Made by a program: the position numbers and the translations under genes | From: an uncultured Ruminococcus sp. | Lineage (GTDB): Bacteria > Bacillota > Clostridia > Oscillospirales > Acutalibacteraceae | Reading direction: 5' to 3' | Length of the DNA stretch: 64,000 nt | NCBI GenBank assembly: GCA_902773325.1 | Contig: CACYDW010000173.1 | Span: 11,315 to 75,314, forward strand | The notes under the pieces: generated by a model | Told to the model about the DNA's origin: nothing | Database searches by the model: none | What the model saw: only the letters and a program-made list of their open reading frames with translations | Shown: in pieces, positions 27,624-36,351 of the stretch | How positions within the stretch are numbered: position 1 is the first letter of the stretch | Layout: every line of letters starts with the position of its first letter

Positions 27624-28574
27624 ATGGCATACTATCTCGGAATAGATACCAGCAACTACACTACCTCTGCGGCACTTTACAGTGACAGCGGAGAAATGCT
27701 GCAAAAGAAAAAGCTGCTCCCCGTCAGATCCGGTGAATGTGGTTTAAGGCAGAGTGATGCGGTGTTTCATCATGTACAGCAGCTTCCTCAGATCATAGGA
27801 GAACTGATGGAAAATTTTGACGGCAAAATTGCGGCGGTTGGTGTTTCTGCAAAGCCCCGCGATGTGGAAGGCTCTTATATGCCGTGCTTTACGGTTGGAT
27901 ATGGAACGGCATCTGCTTTGGCAGATGTGCTGCAGGTTCCGCTGTATTCGTTTTCGCACCAGTGCGGACATATTGCGGCAGCCATTTTTTCGTCAGGGAA
28001 TATATCGCTATTAAAGCAAAGATTTCTTGCCTTTCATGTTTCGGGCGGCACAACGGAAGCACTTCTTGTGGAGCCTGACAATAACGATATCTTCACTGTC
28101 ACGCGTGCTGCCGGAACACTTGATCTGAATGCGGGACAGTTGATCGACAGAGTCGGCGTTATGCTCGGACTTGATTTTCCGTGCGGCAGAGCATTGGAGG
28201 CTCTTGCAGCAAAATGCACAGACAAGATCCGGGTCAAACCCACTTTGAAAGGGTTTGACTGCTGTCTGTCGGGTATCGAAAATAAATGTGCCAAGGCATA
28301 TAGTGACGGACTTTCCAAAGAAGCTGTTGCCACTATGTGTCTGCGATATGTAGAAGCAACGATCAGTGAAATGTGCCGCAGGCTTCTCAGGCAGTACGGT
28401 GATATTCCCGTGCTGTTTGCCGGCGGGGTGATGTCGGACAAGCTGATTCAGGATGCACTCGGGGTGCAGTTTGATGCTTCTTTTGCGCAGCCCGCATTTT
28501 CTGCCGATAATGCTGCCGGAACAGCATATCTGACTTATCTCAGGCATACGATACACCGTGGTATGATTGAATGA
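27624..28574 (+). CDS. Kae1/TsaD (glycoprotease, ASKHA-fold) family paralogue
   Basis: 'YYLGIDTSNYTTSAAL', 'AVFHHV', 'LAFHVSGGT' and 'FAGGVMSDK' are present. The start at 27624 follows a GGGAGG RBS. Confidence 0.6.
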   Translation: MAYYLGIDTSNYTTSAALYSDSGEMLQKKKLLPVRSGECGLRQSDAVFHHVQQLPQIIGELMENFDGKIAAVGVSAKPRDVEGSYMPCFTVGYGTASALADVLQVPLYSFSHQCGHIAAAIFSSGNISLLKQRFLAFHVSGGTTEALLVEPDNNDIFTVTRAAGTLDLNAGQLIDRVGVMLGLDFPCGRALEALAAKCTDKIRVKPTLKGFDCCLSGIENKCAKAYSDGLSKEAVATMCLRYVEATISEMCRRLLRQYGDIPVLFAGGVMSDKLIQDALGVQFDASFAQPAFSADNAAGTAYLTYLRHTIHRGMIE

Positions 28575-28632
28575 TCATAAATAACACTTTTATATATAAT
28601 ATAAATTTGATTTTAAGCAAAGGAGTTTGGCT

Positions 28633-29991
28633 ATGGGAAGATTATTTGGAACAGACGGTGCCAGAGGCGTTGCCAATAGGGAGCTTACCTGTGAGCTTGC
28701 GTTGAATATTGGCAGAGCCGCCGCTATGGTTCTTACCGAAAACAAAAAAAATGATACCCCTAAAGTGCTTATCGGCAAAGATACAAGAATATCCTCCGAT
28801 ATGCTCGAAGGAGCTTTGACAGCAGGTCTTTGTTCTATCGGTGTTGATGTTGTACTGCTGGGTGCAATACCTACTCCTGCTGTTGCCTATCTTATCAGAC
28901 AGTATCACGCAGATGCAGGAATCATGATTTCCGCATCACACAATCAGTTTCAGGATAACGGCATCAAGCTTTTTTCCGGTGAGGGCTATAAGCTGCCCGA
29001 CCGGCTTGAAGAACAAATCGAGTCTATCGTATTGGATGGCTCAAAGCCCTTCGCTGTTCCGGAGGGTGCCGGAATCGGCAGGGTCTGTCATGCAGAGCAT
29101 GCTGCAGAGGAATACATAAATCATGTGATAGAATCTGTTCCGGAACGTTTTGACGGTATCAGGGTCGCTATTGACTGTTCCAACGGTTCCGCATCTACGA
29201 CAGCGGAAAAACTGTTTACACGTCTTGGCGCAGAGTGCTTTATGCTTGCCGATAAGCCTGACGGCATCAACATCAACGATGGCTGCGGTTCTACCCACCT
29301 TGAAATGCTTCAGAAATATGTTCGGGAGCATGATGTACAGTTAGGTGTTGCCTTTGACGGAGATGCCGACAGATGTCTTGCTGTCGACGAAAACGGCAAT
29401 ATCGTGGACGGCGATATGATCATTGCCGCTTGTGCGAAAGATCTGGCGGAGAGAGGAAAACTCCATAAAAATATGGTTGTTGGCACGATTATGTCCAATA
29501 TGGGATTGAGTTGTTTTTGCGCTGATAATCATCTCGGATTTGTTGCCGCTGATGTAGGCGACCGCTACGTGCTGGAGGAAATGCTCCGAAACGGTTATAA
29601 CTTCGGCGGTGAACAGTCCGGACACGTGATTTTCCTTGATTATTCAACTACCGGTGACGGTCAGATGACAGCAGCACAGCTTATCAGCCTTGTTTGCAGA
29701 AAGAATAAAAAGCTGTCTGAAATAGTCGCTTGTATGACGAAATATCCGCAGGCACTTCGCAATGTGCTCGTAACACAAGAAGGCAAGGAAAACCTGAAAA
29801 CAAACGAGGTAATTCAAAGAAAAACTGCCGAGGTAACGGAGCTGCTGGGCAGCGATGGAAGAATCCTTGTTCGTCCTTCCGGAACAGAGAAGATTGTGCG
29901 TGTGATGCTGGAGGGTCTTGACGAGAAAAAAATCAAACAGCTTGCAGATGAAACCGCTGCTCTTATCAAACAGACTATCGGTTCAGAATAA
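28633..29991 (+). CDS. glmM: Phosphoglucosamine mutase
   Basis: 'GRLFGTDGARGVAN', the phosphoserine loop 'SASHNQFQDNGIK', 'DGDADR' and 'RPSGTE' are present. Confidence 0.92.
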   Translation: MGRLFGTDGARGVANRELTCELALNIGRAAAMVLTENKKNDTPKVLIGKDTRISSDMLEGALTAGLCSIGVDVVLLGAIPTPAVAYLIRQYHADAGIMISASHNQFQDNGIKLFSGEGYKLPDRLEEQIESIVLDGSKPFAVPEGAGIGRVCHAEHAAEEYINHVIESVPERFDGIRVAIDCSNGSASTTAEKLFTRLGAECFMLADKPDGININDGCGSTHLEMLQKYVREHDVQLGVAFDGDADRCLAVDENGNIVDGDMIIAACAKDLAERGKLHKNMVVGTIMSNMGLSCFCADNHLGFVAADVGDRYVLEEMLRNGYNFGGEQSGHVIFLDYSTTGDGQMTAAQLISLVCRKNKKLSEIVACMTKYPQALRNVLVTQEGKENLKTNEVIQRKTAEVTELLGSDGRILVRPSGTEKIVRVMLEGLDEKKIKQLADETAALIKQTIGSE

Positions 29992-30037
29992 TCGGATGAA
30001 TCTGCTATTTTACGATCTATTGGTTTAAAGCCTGGTG

Positions 30038-30086
30038 CCTGTATGATACTTGAAAAAACAGTATCATACGGGTTTCGTTGTTTCTT
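30038..30086 (+). terminator. Terminator after glmM
   Basis: cctgtatgatact / agtatcatacggg forms a 13-bp stem with one mismatch, followed by tttcgttgtttctt. Confidence 0.6.
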
Positions 30087-30182
30087 ACAAAAAATCAAGT
30101 CGGTTATAACAAATAATCTACATAATTGATTTAAAAAAACGGAGTTGACTTGTTTTTCTTATGCTATAATGATTACATATGC

Positions 30183-31151
30183 ATGAGAATTATAGGGGGG
30201 ATAGATGTGGCAAATGTTGATATATCAGTGATTATTCCGTCAAAGAATAACCAGAATCAAACCGCAGAGATCATTCGCGGTATTTCAGAAGAGCTTGACG
30301 GAAAAGAGGTCGAGTTTATTATTATTGATATGAATTCAACTGATAGAACTGTTCTTTTCACATTAAATGCTATCAAGAAATATCATCTCAGAGGCTGTGT
30401 GATCCAGAGCGGCAGCGGTAATGTCGGTTCGGCACTCAATACAGGCATTTACCGTTCCAATGGAAAATATGTGACTTTTGTCTATCCGAGCAGACTGTAT
30501 AAAAGCTATCTGGGAGCATATTATACGGCGGCTTACGAAGCGGATGCGGACTTTGTTTTTTCTGTTCCGGCCGACAAGTCCGGCAAAACAACATTAGTTG
30601 GCTCGGGATTGAACAGTATTGCAGGAGAGGAGCTTGCCTGCTGTCTGATCAACTCACAGGTTCATATTGACTTTGGTGCGGTTATGATCAGACGCGATTA
30701 TCTGCTCAATCATCACATCAGCTTTTTTGAGGATATTCCCTCCGGATATTCCGAGGCATTTATTTTTTTGCTGATGCTTTATAACCCCCGTATTGCCTAT
30801 GCGGATGTTACGCTGACACTGGATCATGAAAACAGTACGCCAAAAGAAGCTCCTTCCAACAGCAACTCCTGCTTTGACAGAATCGAGGGAATGCTGAGAG
30901 TCGGAGAGATATTGAAGGGCATTCAAGGCGTCGGAAAACTGAACGCTCTGTTTTTTTATCGTAAGATTCCGTCTGTTGTAATGGCGGCAGTAGACAGTCT
31001 GATGCGCGACGGCTTTCATGCGGCTCCCATCAATAAAACCCTTCGTCTTAAAAAGTATAACAGGCTTCTGAGAATCTCCAAAGCAACACCTCCGAAGCTG
31101 CGTCATAAAATCATTATGTGGAAAACCGCTCCGTGGCTTTATAAGCCATAA
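30183..31151 (+). CDS. Family-2 glycosyltransferase (GT-A)
   Basis: 'ISVIIPSKNNQ...EFIIIDMNSTDRT' is the GT2 N-terminal signature. An alternative GTG start at 30207 follows an AGGGGGG RBS. No TM segment was seen. Confidence 0.75.
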   Translation: MRIIGGIDVANVDISVIIPSKNNQNQTAEIIRGISEELDGKEVEFIIIDMNSTDRTVLFTLNAIKKYHLRGCVIQSGSGNVGSALNTGIYRSNGKYVTFVYPSRLYKSYLGAYYTAAYEADADFVFSVPADKSGKTTLVGSGLNSIAGEELACCLINSQVHIDFGAVMIRRDYLLNHHISFFEDIPSGYSEAFIFLLMLYNPRIAYADVTLTLDHENSTPKEAPSNSNSCFDRIEGMLRVGEILKGIQGVGKLNALFFYRKIPSVVMAAVDSLMRDGFHAAPINKTLRLKKYNRLLRISKATPPKLRHKIIMWKTAPWLYKP

Positions 31152-31160
31152 CATTCTGCA

Positions 31161-31220
31161 AAAATCCTTTTTCGGGGTTCTCTGTATCAAGGGAGCAGAA
31201 AGAGGATTTTTTCGTTTATT
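31161..31220 (+). terminator. Possible intercistronic hairpin or weak terminator
   Basis: aaaatcctttttc / gaaagaggatttt is a 13-bp stem with one G-U pair and a loop of about 24 nt, followed by ttcgtttatt. Confidence 0.35.
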
Positions 31221-31243
31221 ACATCAGTCAAAGGAGTATCATT

Positions 31244-32803
31244 ATGAATCCATCCGAACCGGTGCAAAAGCTCTTGTTATACAATTGGGTGCGCTTCGAC
31301 CATCCGTGGGGGTGGGGCGGCGGTGTTACGATCTACTGCAAAAATTTAGTTGAGGCTTTTTTACAGTATGCACCCGATACGGAAATCTATTTTCTCAGCA
31401 GCGGTACGGTTTATGAAGCCGATCAAACGGAAACATTCTGCCGTAAAAGTCAAGCTGTTTTCGGAGAGCGGGTGCATTTGTATGAGATCGTCAATTCCCC
31501 TGTACCTGCCGACCAGTCGTTTATTCTGTCCAATCCTGCGGCAGCTGTAAAGAATGAAAAGCTTAAGTCTGTTTTTGCGGATTTTATGAGAGAACACGGC
31601 AGCTTTGATGCCGTACATTTTCATAATTTAGAAGGTCTGTCGACTGATGCTTTAGAGCTTAAAAAGGAATTTCCGGATACGCAGTTTGTTTTTTCAATAC
31701 ACAATTATAATACGATCTGTCTTACCGGAATGTATTATATGCGCGGGAAACACTGTATTTGCAGTCCTGACCATACCGAAGCCGACTGTTTTGACTGTGC
31801 GCGAAGAGGGTCAAAAAGCGACCCTGCGGGGGCGATTTTCCGTCGTGCGCTTGTCGGCGGACATTTCGGAAAAAATTGCAGGAAAAATCAGTGGCTTGCG
31901 GAAACGGAGCTTGATTGCTTTATGATGTCTGCCGATAAGGAGCATATCAATGCTTATACCCGCGCTGCTGTGGAAAATCTCAACACATACTGCGACAATA
32001 TTCTTGCTGTATCGGAGCGTGTATATGAGATTGCTGTCAAAAACGGCTTTGACAAGAAAAAACTCCGTGTGATGTATATCGGCACGAAAATAGCTGCTCG
32101 TCAAGGTCGGCCCTTACAGCATGATAAAGCTGTATCGGACAGGCTGAAAATTGTTTTTTTGGGCAATGATATCCATAACGAAGAAAAGGGATATCCGTTT
32201 TTGCTACGGGCACTGGGACAGCTTCCGCCGGAATATGCCTCTGAGATTGATCTTTTTTTTACTGTAAGGCAGCACAAATCGGGCTATATTAAAAAGTGCC
32301 TGAAAAACTTCCACTCCGTCACAGTCAAAAGAGGATATACCCACGATGACTTTGACGTTATCTTTCACGATGCGGATTTAAGTATTGTCCCGGTTCTTTG
32401 GGAGGATAATCTGCCGCAGATCGCTATTGAGTCGGCTGCCTGCGGTGTACCGGTGCTTTCAAGCTCGGCAGGCGGGGCAAAGGAGCTTTGTGATGATGAA
32501 CGCTTTGTATTTGAATGCGGTAATGAACAGTCGCTGATTGACAGAATCAAGGCGATTGCGGATGAGCCTGCGATTCTTGAGGATTATAGAAAGAAGCTCG
32601 TAAGACTCGAAACATTGGAAAGTCATATCCATAAGCTTGCAGAAATCTATCATATAAAGCTGACCGATACAGAACCTGCTTTTGTTCCTTCGCAAAGGGT
32701 GAGAAAGCGCGGCATGATATACAGGAAGCTGCAGCGGCTGCGTTACTGTCTTAAAAAAGGGACAGTAATTGTTTTTGAAAAGCTTGGTGCCTATCGCGGC
32801 TGA
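31244..32803 (+). CDS. GT-B fold glycosyltransferase (GT4-like) with a Cys-cluster insertion
   Basis: The C-terminal half, 'VPVLWEDNLPQIAIESAACGVPVLSSSAGGAKEL', is GT1/GT4-type. The N-terminal half contains 'WGWGGGVTIYCKN' and the Cys cluster 'C..x10..CICSPDHTEADCFDC'. It is a paralogue of the central module of the next gene. Confidence 0.75.
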   Translation: MNPSEPVQKLLLYNWVRFDHPWGWGGGVTIYCKNLVEAFLQYAPDTEIYFLSSGTVYEADQTETFCRKSQAVFGERVHLYEIVNSPVPADQSFILSNPAAAVKNEKLKSVFADFMREHGSFDAVHFHNLEGLSTDALELKKEFPDTQFVFSIHNYNTICLTGMYYMRGKHCICSPDHTEADCFDCARRGSKSDPAGAIFRRALVGGHFGKNCRKNQWLAETELDCFMMSADKEHINAYTRAAVENLNTYCDNILAVSERVYEIAVKNGFDKKKLRVMYIGTKIAARQGRPLQHDKAVSDRLKIVFLGNDIHNEEKGYPFLLRALGQLPPEYASEIDLFFTVRQHKSGYIKKCLKNFHSVTVKRGYTHDDFDVIFHDADLSIVPVLWEDNLPQIAIESAACGVPVLSSSAGGAKELCDDERFVFECGNEQSLIDRIKAIADEPAILEDYRKKLVRLETLESHIHKLAEIYHIKLTDTEPAFVPSQRVRKRGMIYRKLQRLRYCLKKGTVIVFEKLGAYRG

Positions 32804-32863
32804 TCTGTGTCGTTTCCTTGCAAAATGCACTGTTTTTTGTTGAAATCAGGAAATAAATATGAC

Positions 32864-32891
32864 TTGACATAATTCCCGAAACTGTTATAAT
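32864..32891 (+). promoter_or_regulatory. SigA-type promoter with a long leader
   Basis: TTGACA, then 16 nt, then TATAAT, with a TGT extended -10. It lies about 165 nt upstream of the ATG at 33059. Confidence 0.55.
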
Positions 32892-33058
32892 AAAAGTATC
32901 ATCAGTATAAGATAAAATGAGCTTGTTGTGTTTGCTGACGGCATACACCATAGCTTTGCGCTTATTCTGATTTTTCGGTTATTTGTCCGAACCTGTGTGT
33001 TCGGCATTGAAGCTGAAAAGACTGACTGCCAAATAAGTAAATCGGAGGACTTGTGCAA

Positions 33059-36000
33059 ATGAGTAATGAAACTATCAAAAATGCTTCTGAAACAGCCGAG
33101 AGTACTGCTGCTGTATCAGAAGAAAAAACGACCGAAGCAGATGTGCCAAAGGTGTCTGTTGTTATTCCTATCTACAATGTTTCCAAGTATCTGAGAAAGT
33201 GCGTGTCCAGCGTCATGAACCAGACTCTCAAGGAAATTGAGATTATCTGTGTTAACGATGGCAGCACTGATGATTCACTTGAAATCATTCAGGAGCTTGC
33301 AGCAGAAGATTCAAGGATCCGTATTATTGACAAGCCAAACAGCGGTTATGGCAATTCCATGAACAGAGGCTTTAAGGCTGCGACCGGTGAGTATATCGGT
33401 ATTGTTGAGAGTGATGACTTTATCGCTCCCAATATGTTTGAAACCCTCTACGGTCTTTCGTTTGATGGTACTGTTGACCTTGTCAAGGGCAATTTCTACG
33501 ACTACTATGTAGACGGCAACCAGCCTCCCCGTACCATCATCAACAGAGAACGTGATATGATTCCCGACAGTAAAAGACCCTTTACGCTCCGTCAGGACGC
33601 TCAGATCTCATGGGGACATCCTTCTGTATGGACTGCTATTTACAGAAGAGAGTTCATTGTCAAGAATGATATCAAATTCATCGAAGCTAAAGGCGGCGGT
33701 TGGGTAGATAATCCGTTCTTCTATGAAACTCTCTGCAAGGCAGAGAGCATTATGTGGACAAAAGAGCCGCTTTATTACTATATGAAGAGCAACCCGAATT
33801 CTTCCTCCAATCTCCAGATGGATCCGCGTCTGCCCTTTGAAAGAATGCTTGATAATCTTGATGTTCTTGAAGCAAACAATATGAATGACGATGCAAATAA
33901 GCGTTGTGCATATGCAAGAGCACTGATGTATCTTAACGGTGCGCTCCAGGATTTTGACTACGATAAAGACGGCGAAGTGATCAATGACTATGCTATGCGC
34001 CTGATGCGTCGCCTTGACGAAGATACACTGATGAATGACTTCAATCAGCGCGATCAGCTTCGTTATGTTACTTACGCTTCACCGCTCAAATATATCAAAT
34101 CCAAAGCTCCTAAGATTCTGATTTATAACTGGCTTCCCTTTGATAACCCCTGGAACTGGGGCGGCGGTGTTACCGTATACTGCAAGAATGTAATTTCGGA
34201 GATTCTGAAAAGTGATCCGTCAGTCAATATCTACTTCCTCAGCAGCGGTTTTGCTTATGCAGCAAACACCACCAAGACATTTTTCAGAAAGATCAACAAT
34301 ATGTTCGGCGACAGAGTACACCAGTTTGAGATCGTTAACTCTCCTGTTCCCGCAGACCAGAGAAACCTCTATATCAATCCGCTGGTAGCTCTCGAAAATG
34401 AAGGACTCAAAGAATTATTTGCCGACTTCATGAAGAAATATGGACCGTTCAATGCAGTTCACTTCAACAACATTGAAGGTCTTTCACTTGATGTATTTGA
34501 CCTCAAGGAGCAGTTCCCCAATACCAGATTCATCTATTCTATCCATAACTATATGCCGATGTGTGCAACAGGCATTTACTATATGCGTCATAAACACTGC
34601 AACTGCTATCCCGGCAGAACCGGTGAGGACTGCATGGCTTGTACAAGAAGTGACATCAAAGACCATATCGCAGAAGAAACCTACAAAAGAGGTCTTTTCG
34701 GTCTTGAGCCTAAGGACTGCATTTCTCAGAGCCGTTGGATCAAGAGCTTCGGCTTTGAAAGACTTGATCAGTCTGTAACCGCTGACAACATTCAGGACTT
34801 TGCCAATACTGCGACCGCTAAAATCAACAAGAACTGCGATGATATCCTTGCTGTATCTCAGAGGGTTTATGATATCGCAGCGGAAAACGGCTTTGATGAG
34901 AGCAAAATGAGAGTGCAGTATATCGGCACAAAGGTTGCTTCCAAGCAGCTTGGTTTTGCAGCCGCAAAGGCGGAGGACGGTCTGAAGATCGTATTCCTCG
35001 GCAGTGATATCAACTATGAAGAAAAGGGCTATGCGTTCCTGCTGGATACTCTCGAAAAACTCGATAAGGACTATGCTTCCAAGATTGATCTTGTTCTTAC
35101 CGTAAAGCAGGCAGAGCATGCCGAAATCTATAGTATGTGCAGGAACTTCCGTTCACTCAAGGTTATTCAGGGTTATACACATGCAGATCTTCAGTGGATT
35201 TTTGAGGGTGCTCATCTGAGTATTGTGCCTGTACTGTGGGAGGATAACCTTCCCCAGATTGCAATCGAATCGGTTGCATACGGTGTACCTGTACTTGCAA
35301 GCACTGCCGGCGGTGCGAAGGAGCTTTGTGACAGTGAGCTTTTCCGTTTTGAATGCGGAAATTCTGATGATATGAATGCAAAGCTTATGCACTTCGTAGA
35401 TCATCCTGAGGATCTTCTGACATACTGGGAGCATCATCATGGACTTGTTACAATGAAGATGCACTGGAACGAGCTTTCTGAGATCTATGGTATTTCTCAT
35501 GATACGTCCGTTTCACTTTCTGTTGAGGATCTCAACTATATCCTCAAAGAGAATGAGTATCTGCATAAACATCTTTCTATTGATGGTCACAGCGTCGCTG
35601 ATGACTCTGCATTAGAGGATCTTCGCAGAAGACTCAGAGAAGCAGAAACGAAAAATGATCAATTAAAACAGGAGATGAGTGAGATGGGTGGTATTTCAGG
35701 CAAGGTTGTTTTCCAGAATGAGGTAAAGGATCATCGTCAGGGTGCAGGAGCGGATATGTTCAAGCTTGTCCTCGATGATTATGATTTCAGCGATTTCTAT
35801 GCAGAGATCAAATTCATCAGGGTCAACAATATTGCTGCTTCTTACTCCAGTACACTTACCATTTCCGGTACACTCCTTGATATCGGTTCCGGCAGAGAAA
35901 TGGTACTCCATCAGGCAGAGTGGTCAGATACCGAGAACGGAGTTAAGGATCACATCTTTTTCTACATCAGAAATAACTCGATCGTATTCTTTGCTGAAAA

Positions 36001-36148
36001 TCTGGAGCAGTACGGCGGTGTCGCTTATGAGATTCAGGCTCTTACCAGCCGTGCAGCCCATGATTCTGTTAAATTCCAGGCTCTTAACGATACCTTTGTT
36101 TATAAAAACGAGCTTGTTCCCAATGATGCTGTCAATAGTATCGAATAA
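33059..36148 (+). CDS. Tri-modular glycosyltransferase: GT2 (N-terminal), GT4-like GT-B (centre), then a coiled coil and an unknown C-terminal domain of about 140 aa
   Basis: GT2: 'VSVVIPIYNVSKYL...EIICVNDGSTDDS...ESDD'. GT-B: 'WNWGGGVTVYCKN ... VPVLWEDNLPQIAIESVAYGVPVLASTAGGAKEL'. Coiled coil: 'LEDLRRRLREAETKNDQLKQEMSEM'. I prefer the ATG at 33059 (GGAGG 10 nt upstream) over the GTG at 33053. Confidence 0.8.
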   Translation: MSNETIKNASETAESTAAVSEEKTTEADVPKVSVVIPIYNVSKYLRKCVSSVMNQTLKEIEIICVNDGSTDDSLEIIQELAAEDSRIRIIDKPNSGYGNSMNRGFKAATGEYIGIVESDDFIAPNMFETLYGLSFDGTVDLVKGNFYDYYVDGNQPPRTIINRERDMIPDSKRPFTLRQDAQISWGHPSVWTAIYRREFIVKNDIKFIEAKGGGWVDNPFFYETLCKAESIMWTKEPLYYYMKSNPNSSSNLQMDPRLPFERMLDNLDVLEANNMNDDANKRCAYARALMYLNGALQDFDYDKDGEVINDYAMRLMRRLDEDTLMNDFNQRDQLRYVTYASPLKYIKSKAPKILIYNWLPFDNPWNWGGGVTVYCKNVISEILKSDPSVNIYFLSSGFAYAANTTKTFFRKINNMFGDRVHQFEIVNSPVPADQRNLYINPLVALENEGLKELFADFMKKYGPFNAVHFNNIEGLSLDVFDLKEQFPNTRFIYSIHNYMPMCATGIYYMRHKHCNCYPGRTGEDCMACTRSDIKDHIAEETYKRGLFGLEPKDCISQSRWIKSFGFERLDQSVTADNIQDFANTATAKINKNCDDILAVSQRVYDIAAENGFDESKMRVQYIGTKVASKQLGFAAAKAEDGLKIVFLGSDINYEEKGYAFLLDTLEKLDKDYASKIDLVLTVKQAEHAEIYSMCRNFRSLKVIQGYTHADLQWIFEGAHLSIVPVLWEDNLPQIAIESVAYGVPVLASTAGGAKELCDSELFRFECGNSDDMNAKLMHFVDHPEDLLTYWEHHHGLVTMKMHWNELSEIYGISHDTSVSLSVEDLNYILKENEYLHKHLSIDGHSVADDSALEDLRRRLREAETKNDQLKQEMSEMGGISGKVVFQNEVKDHRQGAGADMFKLVLDDYDFSDFYAEIKFIRVNNIAASYSSTLTISGTLLDIGSGREMVLHQAEWSDTENGVKDHIFFYIRNNSIVFFAENLEQYGGVAYEIQALTSRAAHDSVKFQALNDTFVYKNELVPNDAVNSIE

Positions 36149-36190
36149 TGAGATTGCAGCAGAATGATCTGCTGCCAATATACAACAAAT

Positions 36191-36247
36191 TATCCGACAG
36201 TATGTTCCGGAAAGTCGGGAATGGCATTTCCGGAAAGCTGTCGGATA
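36191..36247 (+). repeat. Nested palindrome between the two giant genes
   Basis: The outer perfect 10-bp inverted repeat is tatccgacag / ctgtcggata. It encloses two copies of the self-complementary TTCCGGAAAG. Confidence 0.7.
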
Positions 36248-36351
36248 TCGTATATTGCCGTTTATGCGGCAGTGCTTAGCAGGAAGATTGTTTCGGGCGG
36301 CAGATGAGTGTTTACCGCCTTTTACTTGCATAAGTCAGGAGGCTATCGTCA

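Noticed and set aside
32892-33058. Long leader of the GT2-GT4 gene, with hairpin CCGAAC/GTTCGG, as a regulatory RNA
   Set aside because: The stem is short, no U-run follows, and no known motif is present. The evidence is insufficient.
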